From Callorhinchus milii (lineage: Eukaryota): a DNA stretch of 64,000 bases. Position 1 is the first letter of the stretch. Every line of letters starts with the position of its first letter. The position numbers and the translations under genes were made by a program. Location: the NCBI RefSeq assembly GCF_018977255.1, contig NW_024704743.1:69194001-69258000 (forward strand), in the 5' to 3' direction. Positions 37,288-52,200 of the stretch are shown in pieces. The notes under the pieces were generated by a model that was given only the letters and a program-made list of their open reading frames with translations, ran no database searches and was not told the origin of the DNA.

Positions 37288-40200
37288 CTGAAAATAATCA
37301 TTTCATCCTGATTAGCATTAAACGTGTTTGTGAAAATGACCACAGAGAAATGCAGCTAAATCACAACCAATGTTATGAACACACTCGGTTCCTTCACATC
37401 CTCCCGACATGAAAGGCCCTATATAAATGTTGTTGTTTCTTGGATTTATTCCTAAGAATTAGTAGGTTATAAGAACAAAAATTAAAACAAAACTGAAACA
37501 ATAGCGAGCATCTCTTTTGCCTCCCCGCCCAGGCTTGGGGCTACAAAGTGGTAACTTACCAAACAAAGTATTGAAAGCTCACTGTGACTGAGCTCAGGAG
37601 AACTGTATGTTGCTAAAGCACTGAATCAATGCCCTACCAAGATCCCTCTCCTCCACACAAAAATAATTACAAAGATTAATTAAAAAATTTAGATTATTTC
37701 ACCTGGCTTGCCAAAAACACACCACTGAACAGAGATCAAGCAATCGGTGGACATGTGTATTTACGTGACAAAGGTCATTCCCACTGCTTACTTGTGTTTT
37801 TCTGTCAGACGACGGATCAATCATTACGTTAATAAGGGATGGTACTTCCTGGTCTGCCAGACAGGTGCTGAGTGCCTTTTGGAGCTCTTCTGGTGTCTGC
37901 ACAAAATAGCCTTTCCCACCAAATGCACCCATGACCTGCTCATAGTGAGCGTTAGGCAGTAGTGAGATAGGTGGGGCCCTGAAAGAAATTTGAAAATAAA
38001 GTAAACATTTACCAAAAATACAAAGAAGCCAGATTTCCAGTGGTTTAAAACCATACATATGAACTCAATGAGATAACTTAATAGTTTCAAGATTCAGTCC
38101 TACATTGTAAAATTCAATCAATTTGAATTTAAGGTCATCCTTATGTCAAATTTCTCCTCTGGGACATTGACAATCAATGTTTGGATAGTGTTAATGGAAA
38201 ACATGGAGAACCATAACAAGACCTCAACAGTTTAGGCTTTTGTTTACAATAGGTACAGAAGGAGACAATTTGATCCATCAACAACAAAATTACATTTGTA
38301 TAGTGCTTTTCACGTTGGGAGGACATCCCAAGGGCCATTCCACAATTTTATAAGAACATTGTGGACCCTCACGCTGCTGAAACTCGGGTCCACGCCTTTA
38401 TCACCTCAAGGCTGGACTATGGGAACTCTCTCCTCGCCGGCCTTCCCGGCACCTCCCTCCACAAGCTGCAGGTCATTCAGAACTCTGCAGCTCGTGTACT
38501 GTCCCGCACCAGACTTCACGACCACATCACTCCCACCCTCGCTCGCCTCCACTGGCTCCCCATCCCCCAGAGGATCGAATTCAAGATCCTCATCCTCACC
38601 TACAAGGCCATTCACGACCTCGCTCCCTCCTACCTCTCTGATCTACTATCCCCCTACTTACCTGCCCGTACCCTCCGTTCCTCTGGCTCCGGTCTGCTCC
38701 ACATTCCCCGCCCCAACCGCCCTACCATCGGTGGCCAGGCCTTCAGCCTCTCAGCCCCGAGGCTCTGGAACTCCATCCCCCAGTGCCTTCGCCGCCTCCT
38801 CCTTTTCCTCCTTCAAGGCCGGTCTCAAGACCTTTCTCTTTGACCGTGCCTTCAGCTCCCCTCTCGACTCTCTACCCCCTCCTCGCTCCCTCCCTTCCCT
38901 CCCCTCACCCTGACCATTTCCCCCCTGCTCGGGTCCTGACCCAACTGTACAGCTCCTTGGGATGTCCTCCCGACGTGAAAGGCGCTCTATAAATGGAATC
39001 TTGTTGTTGTTGCTGTTAAAACTTATTTCTCAGTCTTTCCTCCATATCCATTAATATCCTTGCTTCCAAAATATCTATCCCTAATATAAAATGTACTTTT
39101 TTTAAACGTAAAATTTAAATAATAAAACAGAACATTGGTAAAGCACATCCCTGCAAAATACACTGCTCTGTAGAAGGTACTTAAATCATTTCAGATTAGT
39201 TCTAACGATCGTAATAGTTTTAGGGGTTGGAGGATGAGTTAACACATTCATCTGCAAATGATACAAATCAAAGAGAAAGCCATTTCTTCTTCCTGGAGTT
39301 GGTAGTCGGGTAACACTGTGCATTCAAATCGTTCAGAGAGAACAAAGAGGAATAGCATGCTACCCTGGCAGCATCTTCTCACCAATAAAAATCACACTGC
39401 CTAGGGACATATTTATTCACTAAGCCACCACAGTTCCTCTGCCGTTGAAATTAAAGCAGATCAGCAAAGCTGACAGGATCTATAATGATTGTGAAAGTAA
39501 ACACTGGACAGTGGATTACATCACTGACGTTAACATTTCTCTAGCTGTTTCTTGTATTTGAATCCAAACAAGGAATTTTATTTGGTCAACTGGATGTCTG
39601 ACACTTGTGGAAACCCATCACCGTGCTTAAGAGTATCTAAATCAGGCTGAGTTCCGCATTTGTATACCTTCTTTACATGGAAATTTCCAAGCCTGGAATA
39701 CAATGCAAGCTCTCTCCTCAGATGGATATACCTTGCTCACCTAATACTGAAGAGTATTTGGCCAGGGTTGGCAAGAGTCAAGGCTTGGGGACCCCAGAGG
39801 GTGCATTGGAATACTGGAGTTTAACCAGTTAAAACCACCTAGTTTGTCGTTGATATCACTGTCTGGCAAATTTCTCTTTCCCTGTCCAGCTTGGACCAAT
39901 TGGCCCAAAAGGGTTTTGGCTTCCAGGGTCAACAGGAGCTGTCTGGGAAGAATCCTTGCCCCACCTGGTTGGTCTGCCCCTCCAATTCCTGCTGATTAGC
40001 CAGGTTGGCTGTGCTGACATGAGCAGTACCTGGAGTACTGCGGACCTACCTGGCTGAGGAACTGGACTACCGAGACCGCCACAGAGGGCTGGCTCGAGTC
40101 TGACATTCCATTGCCAGGCAAGTCACCTTGGAGCCAGTCCAACTCCTAGGAGATCTTGCTTACTCCTCCCAAGGAGATTAAATTTGAACCACAAAAACAT

Positions 40201-43200
40201 CTGTTCAACAAAAGAGTGATTAATCACAAAAATAAAATGGCATTCGAAGGTAAAAATGTAGTCATCCATCTCCACTGATATTAACGAGAAGTTAAATTCT
40301 TATTAGGCTTATTAAGTGGTGTTCAAAACAGCATCCATCACCATAGAAACTACCAAAAGAAGCTGAATTACTTTTTGTTGTTTTTTTTTGTGTTCTGCTG
40401 AGAACCTTTGCATCTTGTGCCAGCCTGGCTCTGCCTATGGTAACACTCCAATGCAATGCTGGGTTTGTGCATTGCTCTCCTTCACATGAGATTTAAATAG
40501 AGGTTCCAATCTAACAGCTCAGGTGTATGTTAAAGATCCTGCGGCACAATTTGAAAAGAGAAAGGAGTTTCTCCTAGTGTCCTGAACAACAATCTCCTAA
40601 ATAAAACTGGTCATTTATTTTATTGTTTGTGGGACATTGTTGCGCAAATTGGCTGCTGCCAGTCACCTACAAAATACACTTGATAGATTATCCTGTGAAG
40701 CATTTTGAGATGTGTTCCCAATGTAAAAAATGCTGTACCAAATGTAAGAATGATTATTATTAAGAAGGAATCTTACTTCTTTTTCTTTTATTTATCTTGG
40801 CACTGCCTAAATAAAAGGGGGGAATCTATCAATCATCTGAGGATAAGGCCTATCTTAAGGAAAACCCATATCAATATTTTCTTGGAGAAATAATCCAACA
40901 ATATTTTTTACTACTAATGATAAACTTTGCATTTGATATAGCATCTCGTTCAACATCTCATAGAATTTCACAGAATTTATTTTAAAGTGTAATGGTTTTT
41001 ACTAAAGATGTGAAGATTGCTGCAAATTGTCCACCTAAAAATGGAATCCATAACTCTTGCTATTAGTTCATGAGATGGTCACAGCCTAAATGGAATGAGC
41101 TTTCATTGATCTGCTGGTCATTAGCATAACAGTTCATAAGAATATGTATTTTACAGCTCTTCCAGCAATATATTGTTCAGTAATTGGGTTAGTAATAAGC
41201 AATTTTATTGTCAAAAGAAAACAAATCATTGTCTAAATTTCTCCAAAGCTTCAGCCCTAAATCAGCACAGCACAGTTTGTAGCATTCTTGCCTCTGGGTT
41301 CAAACCCCACATCTACACTTTGAGCTCACAGTCTAGGCTCAGTCTCAAGTGTGGGGGAGGTGGAAGATGCTACATTGTCAAACATACAGTCTTTTGGGTG
41401 AGACTCTTCAGGGAGATGTTAAAGATTCCACAGCACTTTTGAAAAAGAGAATGGAGCTTCTCCTAGTGTCCCAGTCCACAATGTCCCCAAATAAAAAATG
41501 TTCATTCACTTTATAGCTGTTTGCTGTGTGCAATCTAACTGCCACATTTGCCTACAAATGCAAGGATTATTATCAATTAACTATTATTATTGACCTAGTA
41601 TGCTAAAACAACTTTGAAATGGCTTCTAAGCAATAAAATCTGAATTCGATCTTTGCTGAGGTGATATTGCTCCTAGCAGGATAATAATATGGAAGTCTCA
41701 GTTATGCCAATTGTCCAACATTGTCCACAAAACGCAGTTACTGCACGTTGCAATGCATCTTGTGAAGTGCTTTGGGATGTTCTCCTGACATGAAAGGCGC
41801 TACACCAAATGTAAGGATTCTTATTATTACTACAACATTGGGATGGGTCAAGTAGAGAATTAAGTAACCACTGCTCTGTTGCTGACCTGGATCTCACCTG
41901 CATAGACGGTATTGCTCTCCCACAACTGTGGAAAGAAACAACCCCACTGAGGGCCAAGTTCACTGACACACAAGTGTGTACACAGAGATTACTGGTGGAA
42001 ATCTAAGACATAATTTTCACTGGTCAGTAAGGTTAGCTGCAACCTTGGTGGTGTGTTATTTTAATAGGGTTTCTCCATTCTAAAAGTACGGTCGAGCGAG
42101 TAACTTTATTCGGTCAGTACAATTTCACCCCACCATTCAATGCTGGAGCAATTGGCTTTGGACATGCATCTTAGTTTTTAAGATATTTGGCTGTACATAT
42201 ACCCACTGATGTCCCCAGATTGAAAAAGTTAATTGGTTTCAAATCTTTGTTTTGTTCCAAAATGGTTGAGTCAACACTGAAACCCACAATGAAGGCCTTG
42301 TGCTTTCTTCTGAGACTCTTAACATGTACTGTGAAATCATTCAATGGTGCTGTGTACTATTACCCACATCAGCTATTGTAGCTTCAGCTGCAGCTCCATC
42401 TGGGGTCACTGGAAAGTTATATCTTTCAGTATTCTGTTATCGTGGCTTCATCAGCCAGTCACTTGTCTTTGGGAAAAGTTAATAGGCAAAGTGAGTGTAA
42501 AAGGAGGTACTTAGTGGACCGTGAATATAGTTTTATCTTCTGGAAAATTTCAGAACCTGTTGCTTACCAGTTGTAAACACAGTACACAGAAACTGAGGAA
42601 CATAATGCTTGAAAATTGTAACTATTGACATTTAGTGCTAACTGGAGCCATAGTGTTTCTCGCAAAAAAAATGGAACATTTCTAGAAACAAAAAAAAATC
42701 ACCCGTTAGATACGCAAACTCGCTATAAATGTTCTCCTTCCACTTCATAACAAGTCGGTTGCTCTACTGAACTAACTATTAAAGTGGATCAGAAGATAAT
42801 AACATATTTTCCTCATTAGTAGAGGATTAGCACAAAACTTATGAAATACATCAAGACTGCTCTGAGAACCACATATTGGCAGATTGAATTCATGTTTTGC
42901 AAGTAGAATGGTAGTTATTTGCATGATAATTACCAGCTTATCTGTGGTTCATCCATGTCAGGTTCCGATATGAAAGTGAACATTTGTCTCTGAGTACCCA
43001 ACAAAATTCCAGATGTTCACATTGCAAAGTTGTGCCCATGTGTAAAGTTACTCAGGATACATTTTCCCACACAGCAAACCGCCCCACCAGTAAACCCACG
43101 CACATTTTTACGCACGCACACAAATGGATTTTCTTTGTTGGGGTGTGAAGGTAACTCTTTGTAGTTTGGTATGGGGTAGAGTTAGAGAAAGAGATAAGAC

Positions 43201-46200
43201 AGCGAAAGTCTTAGGGAAAGACTTTTTGTTTGATCAGCCACATGTGGAAATCCACAATAAGGTTTAAGATTACAATAAACCCCCAGTTTAACATAACGTA
43301 ACATGTAGGAGCAGAAGTAGACCATTCGGCCCTTCTAGCCTGCCCTGCCATTCAATCATGGCTGATCTTCTAATCTAATTCCAGCTAATAACCTGACCCT
43401 GCCTTATCCTCATATCCCTTAATCCCTTTTGCAATAAGAAATATATCTATCTCAGTCTTGAACATGTTCAAGGACTGAGCGTCAACAGCCCTTTGGGGTA
43501 GTGAGTTCAATACATTCACCACCCTTTGAGTGAAGAAGTTCTTCCTCAACTCAGTGAGAAAGGGCTGGCCTCTGATTTTAAGGTTGTGATCCCTGGTTTT
43601 AGTTTCTCCAACCAGGGGAAACAATCTCCCACTATCTACTCTATCATGCCCTTTGATGATCTTATAGGTTTCTATAAGATCCCCTCTAATCCTTCTATAT
43701 TCTAGAGAATATAAGCCCAAATTGGTCAGCCTATCCTCGTAACTCATCTCCTTCATCCCTGGTACTAACCTAGTAAATCTACGCTGCACCCCCTCCAAGG
43801 CAAGTACATCCTTCCTTAAATAAGGAGACCAAAACTGCACACAGTATTCCAGGTGTGGTCTCACCAGGGCCCTATACAGTTGCAGCAAGACTTCCCTACT
43901 CTTATACTCTAATCCTTTCATAATGAATGCTAACATACCATTTGCCTTCCTAATTGCTGCTGCACTAACTTTCTGTGATTGGTGTACAAGGACAACCAAG
44001 TCCCTCTGGACACCAACACATTCCAATCTCTCCCTTCTAAAAAATAACCCGCTCTACTGTTTTTGCTACCTAAGTGGATGACTTCGCACTTCCCTACATT
44101 ATACTTCATCTGCCACCTACCTGCCCAATCACCTAACCTATCTATGTCTCGCTGCATTTTTTTAATGTCGTCCTCTGTGTTGACACTTCCTCCTAGTTTT
44201 GTGTCATCCGCGAATTTAGATATATTAACTTTGATATCCTCATCTAGATCGTTGATGTAGATGGTAAATAGCTGAGAGCCAAGATCTGATCCTTGTGGCA
44301 TTCCACTCGTCACATCCCACCAATCTGAAAAGGACCCGTTTATCCCTACTCTTTGTTTTCTATCCGTTAACCATTCCCCAATCCACGTTAATATGCTCCC
44401 CCCAATTCCATGGGCCCTTATCTTTTGGACTAACTTTTTATGCGGCACCTTATCGAATGCCTTCTGGAAGTCCAAATAGACCACATCCATTGATTCACTC
44501 TTATCTAGTTTACTGGAAATATCTTCAAAAAGCTCTATGTGATTTGTCAAACATGACTTCCCTTTTGTAAGGCCATGTTGACTTGGCCTAATTATATTGT
44601 GCTCCCCTAAATACCGCAGTACCACATCCTTAATCAATGATTCTAAATTTTTTCCTATCAAGACTAGACTCCAGGTACCCTGAATTCAACTCCAGCCGGA
44701 CAGGGCCCCCCAAAAAATCTTTTAAAAAGTATTTCCTTGGGCACACGTCTAGACCCTTGCCAGCCCAATTCTCCCGGCATGCTAACACCCCTCTAAGCAA
44801 TCCACGTGATCCCACAGCTTTCTGCCTCAACAAGCTTTCTTAGGCATTCAGTGTCTTTCTGTGTGGGTGAGTGACTACTTTTGTTTTGTAAACACAGTGG
44901 TAGAATTGCATATGCAGTGACAGAAAATGCCAGTAAATGCATTATTGGCATTTACGGCACTGCATATGCAGTATTTTGTATTATTGGTATTGTAATTACA
45001 TTCAGCTGGAAATTCTGGCTCGCTAGACCAGATCAGCCCCGTTAGTTTGGCTAGCCGGGGTTTATCTGTATCTAAACCAGACAAGAGTAACACGTTCTGA
45101 TGACACTTACTTATGCATGGAAATTTTCCTGTGTCTGGAATGGAATGTGCACTCTCTCCCTGGAGAGAGTGATACACCTTCAGTACCTTGTAACAATTAA
45201 GGTTTAATCTTAAAATAAGACTTCCTTACTTACACAATGGAAGTCTCTCCCAATTTTGATATCTCTTTCCACGTGTCCTCATCCAATCCACTGTAAATGC
45301 CATTATTGTTTACTACAATGACTATTATTGTCAAATTGTACCTAAAATAAAAAAACACTTAATAATGCATCTTATTTAAGGCCAAGAAGCATGATTCAAC
45401 AAGATGTAACACACTCCTACCCAATGACTTTGTAACAATGTAACATAACTGACACAATTCCAATGTAGCTCGCTATAAGCAAAGTTTATGTTCCTATGTT
45501 ACAAGATCTCAAATTGAGCAATGTATGTAGTCACTGGAACGACACAATGTGTTACAGCTCACAATTCATTTCACCTCCATGAAGTACGTAAAAGATTTGT
45601 TCAGATACAGGATTTGGTATGAGTATCGAATCTGCTATGGGCGACAGTGAACAGTGAATATATATGTGCACGATGGGCCGAGTGACCTTCTCTGCTGTAA
45701 ATTTATAATGTGAATTAATGTTTCAGCAAGTGTTCCTGTGTTCCTTGACATTCTTTGATTATCTTGTGCAGCTTTGTTTCCTTCTCTCTTGCTCTCTCTC
45801 TAAGGGTTTCCCATTTCAACTGGAGTAACACAGGACCATCTTAAACAGTAATTAACCTTTCTGACCTATGATGTTATTGCCTCATGCTTGAGGGCAAAGC
45901 ACACACATACTCCGTTCAATGAGAAAGACAGAGATTTTGCCTGAAATAGATGACATATAGAATATATCCATTCAGTCAGACTTCTTCCCCGTGTGAAAAG
46001 CACTGTAAAATGCAAGGATTATTATTATTATTTTTGTTGTTGTTGTTGTTCACCTTCTCCTCTCGTCCTGGGTATATAATAATAATAATCCTTGCATTTG
46101 ACATAGCGCCTTATCACGTCTTCGAGACGCCTCAAAGCATTTATAGAATATACTGTAAAGTGAATTGACTGTATATTTGTGGGTGAAACGTAGCAGCTAA

Positions 46201-49200
46201 TTGTGGATTGAAGTGACCCACAAACAGTCATGAATTGAAGTGACCAATTTATCATTATTATTTTTTATTTTATTATATTACTGGTTCTCTTGGAAATTTA
46301 GCATTGGAGGTAATGATCAAGAAAATCCAGTAAAGTTCTGGATCACATAAAGCAGTGCTCAGCAAAGCCTCCTTTGTAAATTTAGAGATCAGCTTGCGAC
46401 ATTGAAGGAAGGGTAAAGTTCCAGATGTAAACAACTGTTAGTGCGGTGATATGTGGCAATGTGAAGATACTGACAATTTGTAAAGTGAGCCAGAAGTTTA
46501 CAATAAATTAGTCAGCAGCAGAAGCTACAAGGGAATAACATGCACTGAAGATATTCCTTCTGTTCCTCTCTCCTCGGTTCCAATACTAAAACATCGTAGC
46601 AACAAACTAAAAAAAAATCATTAATGAATTCACTCAGAGGTGTACTCCATTACCTACATATGGTTTCCACTTCCATACCAGAAAAACCAAAAGCACTGTC
46701 CCCTTCCACACAGATAACCCGCTGCTGTGGCAAGTGATCCTTGGCAATCATTGCTGCAGCTATGGCAAAGCCCAGTCCTACACCCATCGTGCCAAAGGTA
46801 CCAGCATCCAATCTGCAAGAAAAGTATCAGACGCAATTTTTTCTGTTTTTAACCAGCAACCACACAAAGAAAGGACCTCCTGATATGAAAGGCGCTTTAT
46901 AAAAATAGTTGTTATTGCCCCAAGCAGGGTGATGGTTTTCACCACGTGGTCAAGAGGTTTTTGTGGGAAATTAAATTGGCTGCAAAGTTTAAATATATTA
47001 AAACTTAACTTTACTTATCCCCACCCTTTGGAATTCCATCCCGCAGTTCCTTTGCCTTGCTCCCTCTCTTGCTTCCTTCGAGGGACATCTCTTCGATCGT
47101 ACCTTCGCTCACCCTCGTACCCCTACACTCCCTGCCCTCCACCTCTCCTGATCCCAACTCCCTTCTCGGGTCCAAATCCCTGACTGTCTAGCGCCTTGGG
47201 ACGCTAGACCTTGGCCTTTTCCCAATGTAAAAGGCCCTATACAAAGATAATTTGTTGTTGTTGCTTACTCTATTGGGATAGGCAAACACAAATCTTATTG
47301 TAACATTAAAATTGAACATTCCCGTGAAAAACACAGGGTTCACCGTATTCCTGCAAGTTACTTTTGTCTGTTTACCAAGTGAAGGTCAACATGTACAGGA
47401 GGTGAAACTACTGTACAAAGTTAAAATAAGACACCACTTGTCTTATAAATATTTATTATTAGATAAAAGGTTAAATATTGTGCAAATCTAATCTTTCCTA
47501 AACGTTTACAGTCTTGATTGAGCATGCTAACAAGTGAATTACCTGTGGCGTGGAAGGTAGTTCTGTAGCATGGTGCGTCCAATGTCCATGGTATTGGCAC
47601 CTTCACTGACTATAATGCAGTCTTCTGGTAGTAATGCTTGAATGTTGTGGAAAACAGTATAATAATTCATAGGCAAAGTCTTCTGGGCAGCTAGGGCCTG
47701 GTAATGGAAAGTTATGATTCATTTAGATAATGATCCATTCTTGTGCAAGATGATAATTATGGCAAAAAAAACTTCAAAGAATGGTCCGTGCATTCTTGTG
47801 ATTATAGGGTTAGAGTGGTTCTGTTAATTGGCTGCATGAATTGATTCGCTTCATTACAAAATATAATCATTTGGGATGGGTTTATACAGATTGTAGAAAA
47901 ATGATTTCCCTCATTATCTGCTAGTCTACTTAATTGCTGCCTTTTGCAAAGCATTTTGTACCTCCAGTTTGCCAAATTAGCCAGAATATCATTCTTACCA
48001 TTATAAGGAATTGCCTACAAATATTCAGTCACTACACTTTACAATAAATCCTGTGAGATGTTTCGATGACATGATAAGATCCTAAATCAATTGCAATGCT
48101 TATTATTATTATTATTATTTTTATTATTCATTATTTAGAGCATAGGAGGTAATCAGCCCATCAAGTCCACATCTGTGCCAAATAGTTCCTCCACTGGAAC
48201 TAACTACTCAAATTCCAATTCACTGCTGTTTTTTCCACACCCTTTTATACTGTTCATCTTCCAGTATTTATCCAACTCCCTCTTTAAAGCTATTATTTAT
48301 TTTTTGCTCTAATAGCACCTGATGGCAAAGCATTACTTTCTACCCGCTGTGTGAAAGTACTTCTTCCAAACTGCTCCTTTATTCTTTTATTTTATAGAAA
48401 TCTTGCTAATAGATTCGTAATCTTTTCCAGAGTGCCGACATTCTTTGATAAAATCAAAGAACAATCTCTAGTGTCATTTTTCTGAACAAATAATTTGAGT
48501 TGCCAACAAAAATTAACGTGCAGTTAAGCATTTCTTCTGTGATAAAGCACTGTTTTCTTTCCCCAAAAAGAGTAAATATGGAATATTCAATATTCTTATG
48601 TTTCTATGTGACATGTTCAGAATTATTATATTTCATTTAAATTGTAAGTTTTGACAATCTGCTTTGTGGTAAATCATGGAAATGTCTCAGCTGCTGGCTA
48701 AAATGTCTCCCTACCTCTGTAATCCTGTCTAGCCTTACCCTTCTGCCTTTTTTTCCCCAAAGGAATTATTATTCCCAGACAAGCGATCCGCCAATCAAAA
48801 TATTCTCATGCAAAGATTATTGGGGGAAAAAAATGCTTTGCCACAATAGCTGTTAAAGTAAAGGACATAAGAAAAACTAAAAAAGGAATTGGATAAATAT
48901 TTGAAAAGAAACAATATAAAAGAATATGGAAAAAGAACAGGAAGTTGGTATTAGTCTAGTGAACTCAATGCTGGCACCAGCACAGGCTCCATGATTTTCT
49001 ATGTTGTAAATTCTATATTTTATCAATTTAAAAAAGTCCATCACCATTTCATACTTTGGATTTTTCCACAGCTGCTCTGATAATATATTAAATTCATAAA
49101 TCAGGATAATAAATATCAGCACTCAAACCTCTGTAATTGATAGGTTGTGAGACATGGTAGAATATACACAACTATAGCAACAAGTTTTCTATACAAAATA

Positions 49201-52200
49201 TAAGATTTTTTTAAAAAAAGTTCTATTTATATTCTATTACATGATATGATACATTTTTCTAAGTCAGGATAGAATTATTCTGCCAGTCTTCTGTCTTATA
49301 TTGTCAGAGACTCTTTTCAACTACAGAATGCTGTGGATTGCTATGTTGTAGCCAGACAAAATAAGGAAAATCATGTGTAGTTTCAAACATCAGCTAAATA
49401 ATAATAACCATTGTTACATTTGATCGAGAAACTCATCATGTTATCGAAATGTCTCAAACCAATTTATTGTAAACTGTACTTGACTGTGACATTCTCAGTG
49501 TATTTGCAGGTGGATGTTTAAACTTCACGGATGACCTGGAAGGTTTCTAACGAAGAATTTATTTGATCAAAAAGATTTTCGGTAGATATTTAAAGTTGGA
49601 ACCAATGAACGCCAATAAGACATACATTAGTCCCCACAGAACAAAAGACCTAACAACTAATTCAATTGGTTTATTAATTTACCTTGGAAACTTCTTGATT
49701 GCTTTTTATCTTCTCCCTCAGATAGACCCACCATTCAGAGCTGGATGGGTAGCTCCAAGGGTTAGCTCGGAGGCAGTCCAATAACTAAAAGTCAAAACAT
49801 AACCAACAAACTGAACAAAAGAAAAAGTAAAAACTTGTATTTATATTGCACCCTTCATGCAGGATAGCGTGTAGAGTGGTGCACAGTGGCGGGATTGAGC
49901 AAGGGAGAATAAGGAGATAGAGGTGACTATAGACTAGGTCAAAGAGATAGGATTTAAAGTGGGATTTAAAGATAAATAAAGAGGGGTTGAGGTGGAGGGA
50001 AAAGTAGGCCAATAAATGTATGTATACAACATATAGGTATGTCTGGCACTGCATTGTAGTAAGCCAATGTCAAGCTGAAAGAAGACATTCAATCTCACAA
50101 GATCATACAATCAATAAGGACTTTCTATTTACTGATCTAATACATGGGCAATGGGCTCCTGTGCTGACATTTCTAAAGAAAAGAATTTACAAAACTGAAT
50201 GATATGCGAATCAACTAACTACCAATTACCTTGCTTATATTGTTTTTCAATTGACATTTTTTTAAAAATAACAATTCCCTTGAATTTGCTTTGTAGCAGG
50301 ACCTGGATTTATATACCTAACCACGAAAGCAGGACCATGTTAATGGGGAAGTTCTGGATTCAGTGAGATGAGAGATAAGGCTGAACTAGGCTAACACTCC
50401 TGTGCACCACTGAGAGAGAGAGAGAGAGAGAGAGAGAGCACTGTATTGCTGGAGAGATCTTTCAGATGAGATGGTAAACTGAGGTACTGTTATTTCAGAC
50501 TGTTGAACTAAATATTACACAGTACAGCTCTGTTAGAACTTAGTAGTGGGGGGTGGGGGTCATCAAATCTCAACTCGTCCTATTCTGGGGTGCGATCGCC
50601 AGTCAGTAATTTCACATTGTGACGACATTCATGATAGGTTGGCCACATCGCTGTGCAGAACAAGCCGGCTGGCTTCCCAAGCTAACAAATGGTCGACTTC
50701 CAGGTTATTATGCCACTTGTTATGTTGAATACACATACAGGAAACCTGCGGCCTCACAATACAAACCAATCCATGTGGACAATTGGTTTGGGTTGTGCGC
50801 TGTCACTTCTTGCGCAGCCCGGAAAGTCGGCCATGGGGTCCACACCTGCCTTATAAGTGAATCTACTTTATACCAAACAGCCATGTAATGAGGTTCACTT
50901 GGCATTATGTTGAAGAAGGTTGGGAGACAGGGAATTTTTCCTGGTATGCTGGCTAATGTTCATTCTCCATCTGAATTCAATCAAACAAAAGCTTACAGTT
51001 TGATCAGTAGTTTCATTGCTGTTTGTAGGATGTTGCTACCACATTTTACATGTAAAGAAAATGAAATGAGTTATAATGCAAGGAAACGGGTCATTCAGCC
51101 CAACTCATCTACGCCAGTGTTTATACTTCATATAAATCTCTACCCCTTGTAATGCCCTATGTCCCTCTATTCCCTTCTGCCTTATGTGTGCATGCCTACA
51201 TAAACATATCAAAATAACTTGCTGTGGAATGTGCTTTGATGCAATGAGGTGCTATATCACTTTCAACTTGTTGACACAATGTCACCATTCACCTCTGCAT
51301 ACAACATTAATGCTATATTGGGGGAAACGTAATAAACGATTTACATGCTGCAAAGTGGCTTCGGCATTGTGTACACAACAGTAATGCTATTTTATGGTGA
51401 TTTAAAATGTGATATATTATTAAAGAGCACAAGCTGCAAAAGTTGATTCCTTCCAGAAACTAACAGCACTGAGACTCGTGGGAACACTGTTCTGTTGCTC
51501 TAATTTCAGAGTGGAATTCAATTGAAATTTAGACTGGGAGAAGATGTTAAAGGGCTAATTGAGTGTATTACTGTATTACTTTAGTTTTTCACTAAAATTG
51601 AGTTATTATGGGTCATTGATTTTAAAATCAGAATGCAATGGAATTAATATTTTCCCAACATGATCTCCACTATTATGGTAAGCTGTCATGTTCCACTGTA
51701 TCCCAAACAAATTCATCCCATTGTCTACTCTTCATTTCTTCGATGCTTTGCTGTCAATCTGCAAGTCACAATGGCAGGAGCTTTGCCCCCTACAGAACTA
51801 ATTAATATAAGTGGAACTGCTCTGTAAACAAAGAAAGATCCTGCATTTTTATGGAGCCTTCTCATGTCAAAAGCTATCCAAAGTGCTTAAAATATTTATA
51901 AGGAAATTCTCAAATGCAGAACAACAAACTATAAAAAGCTTCAAAAATGTTTGATTTAGTATTTTTAAACTACTGAGAAGATTTATCCACTTTTGAACCT
52001 TTATGTAAATTTCAATCTATGTTTCGGATCCAGTTATTGGTTGCTATGTGTTACCTCATCCCTATAAGCTGCTTTATTATAAAAATAATTTGGTCAGTCA
52101 ATCCGAGACTGTTTCTGGGACACTGCTGTGCACAATTGGTTGCTGCATTTTGCCCACAAAATATACAGTCATTTCACTTAACAGTATATTCTGTGAAGAG

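Noticed and set aside
43385..44661. RT ORFs as a novel reverse-transcriptase system
   Set aside because: Ordinary 5'-truncated, frameshifted CR1 LINE.
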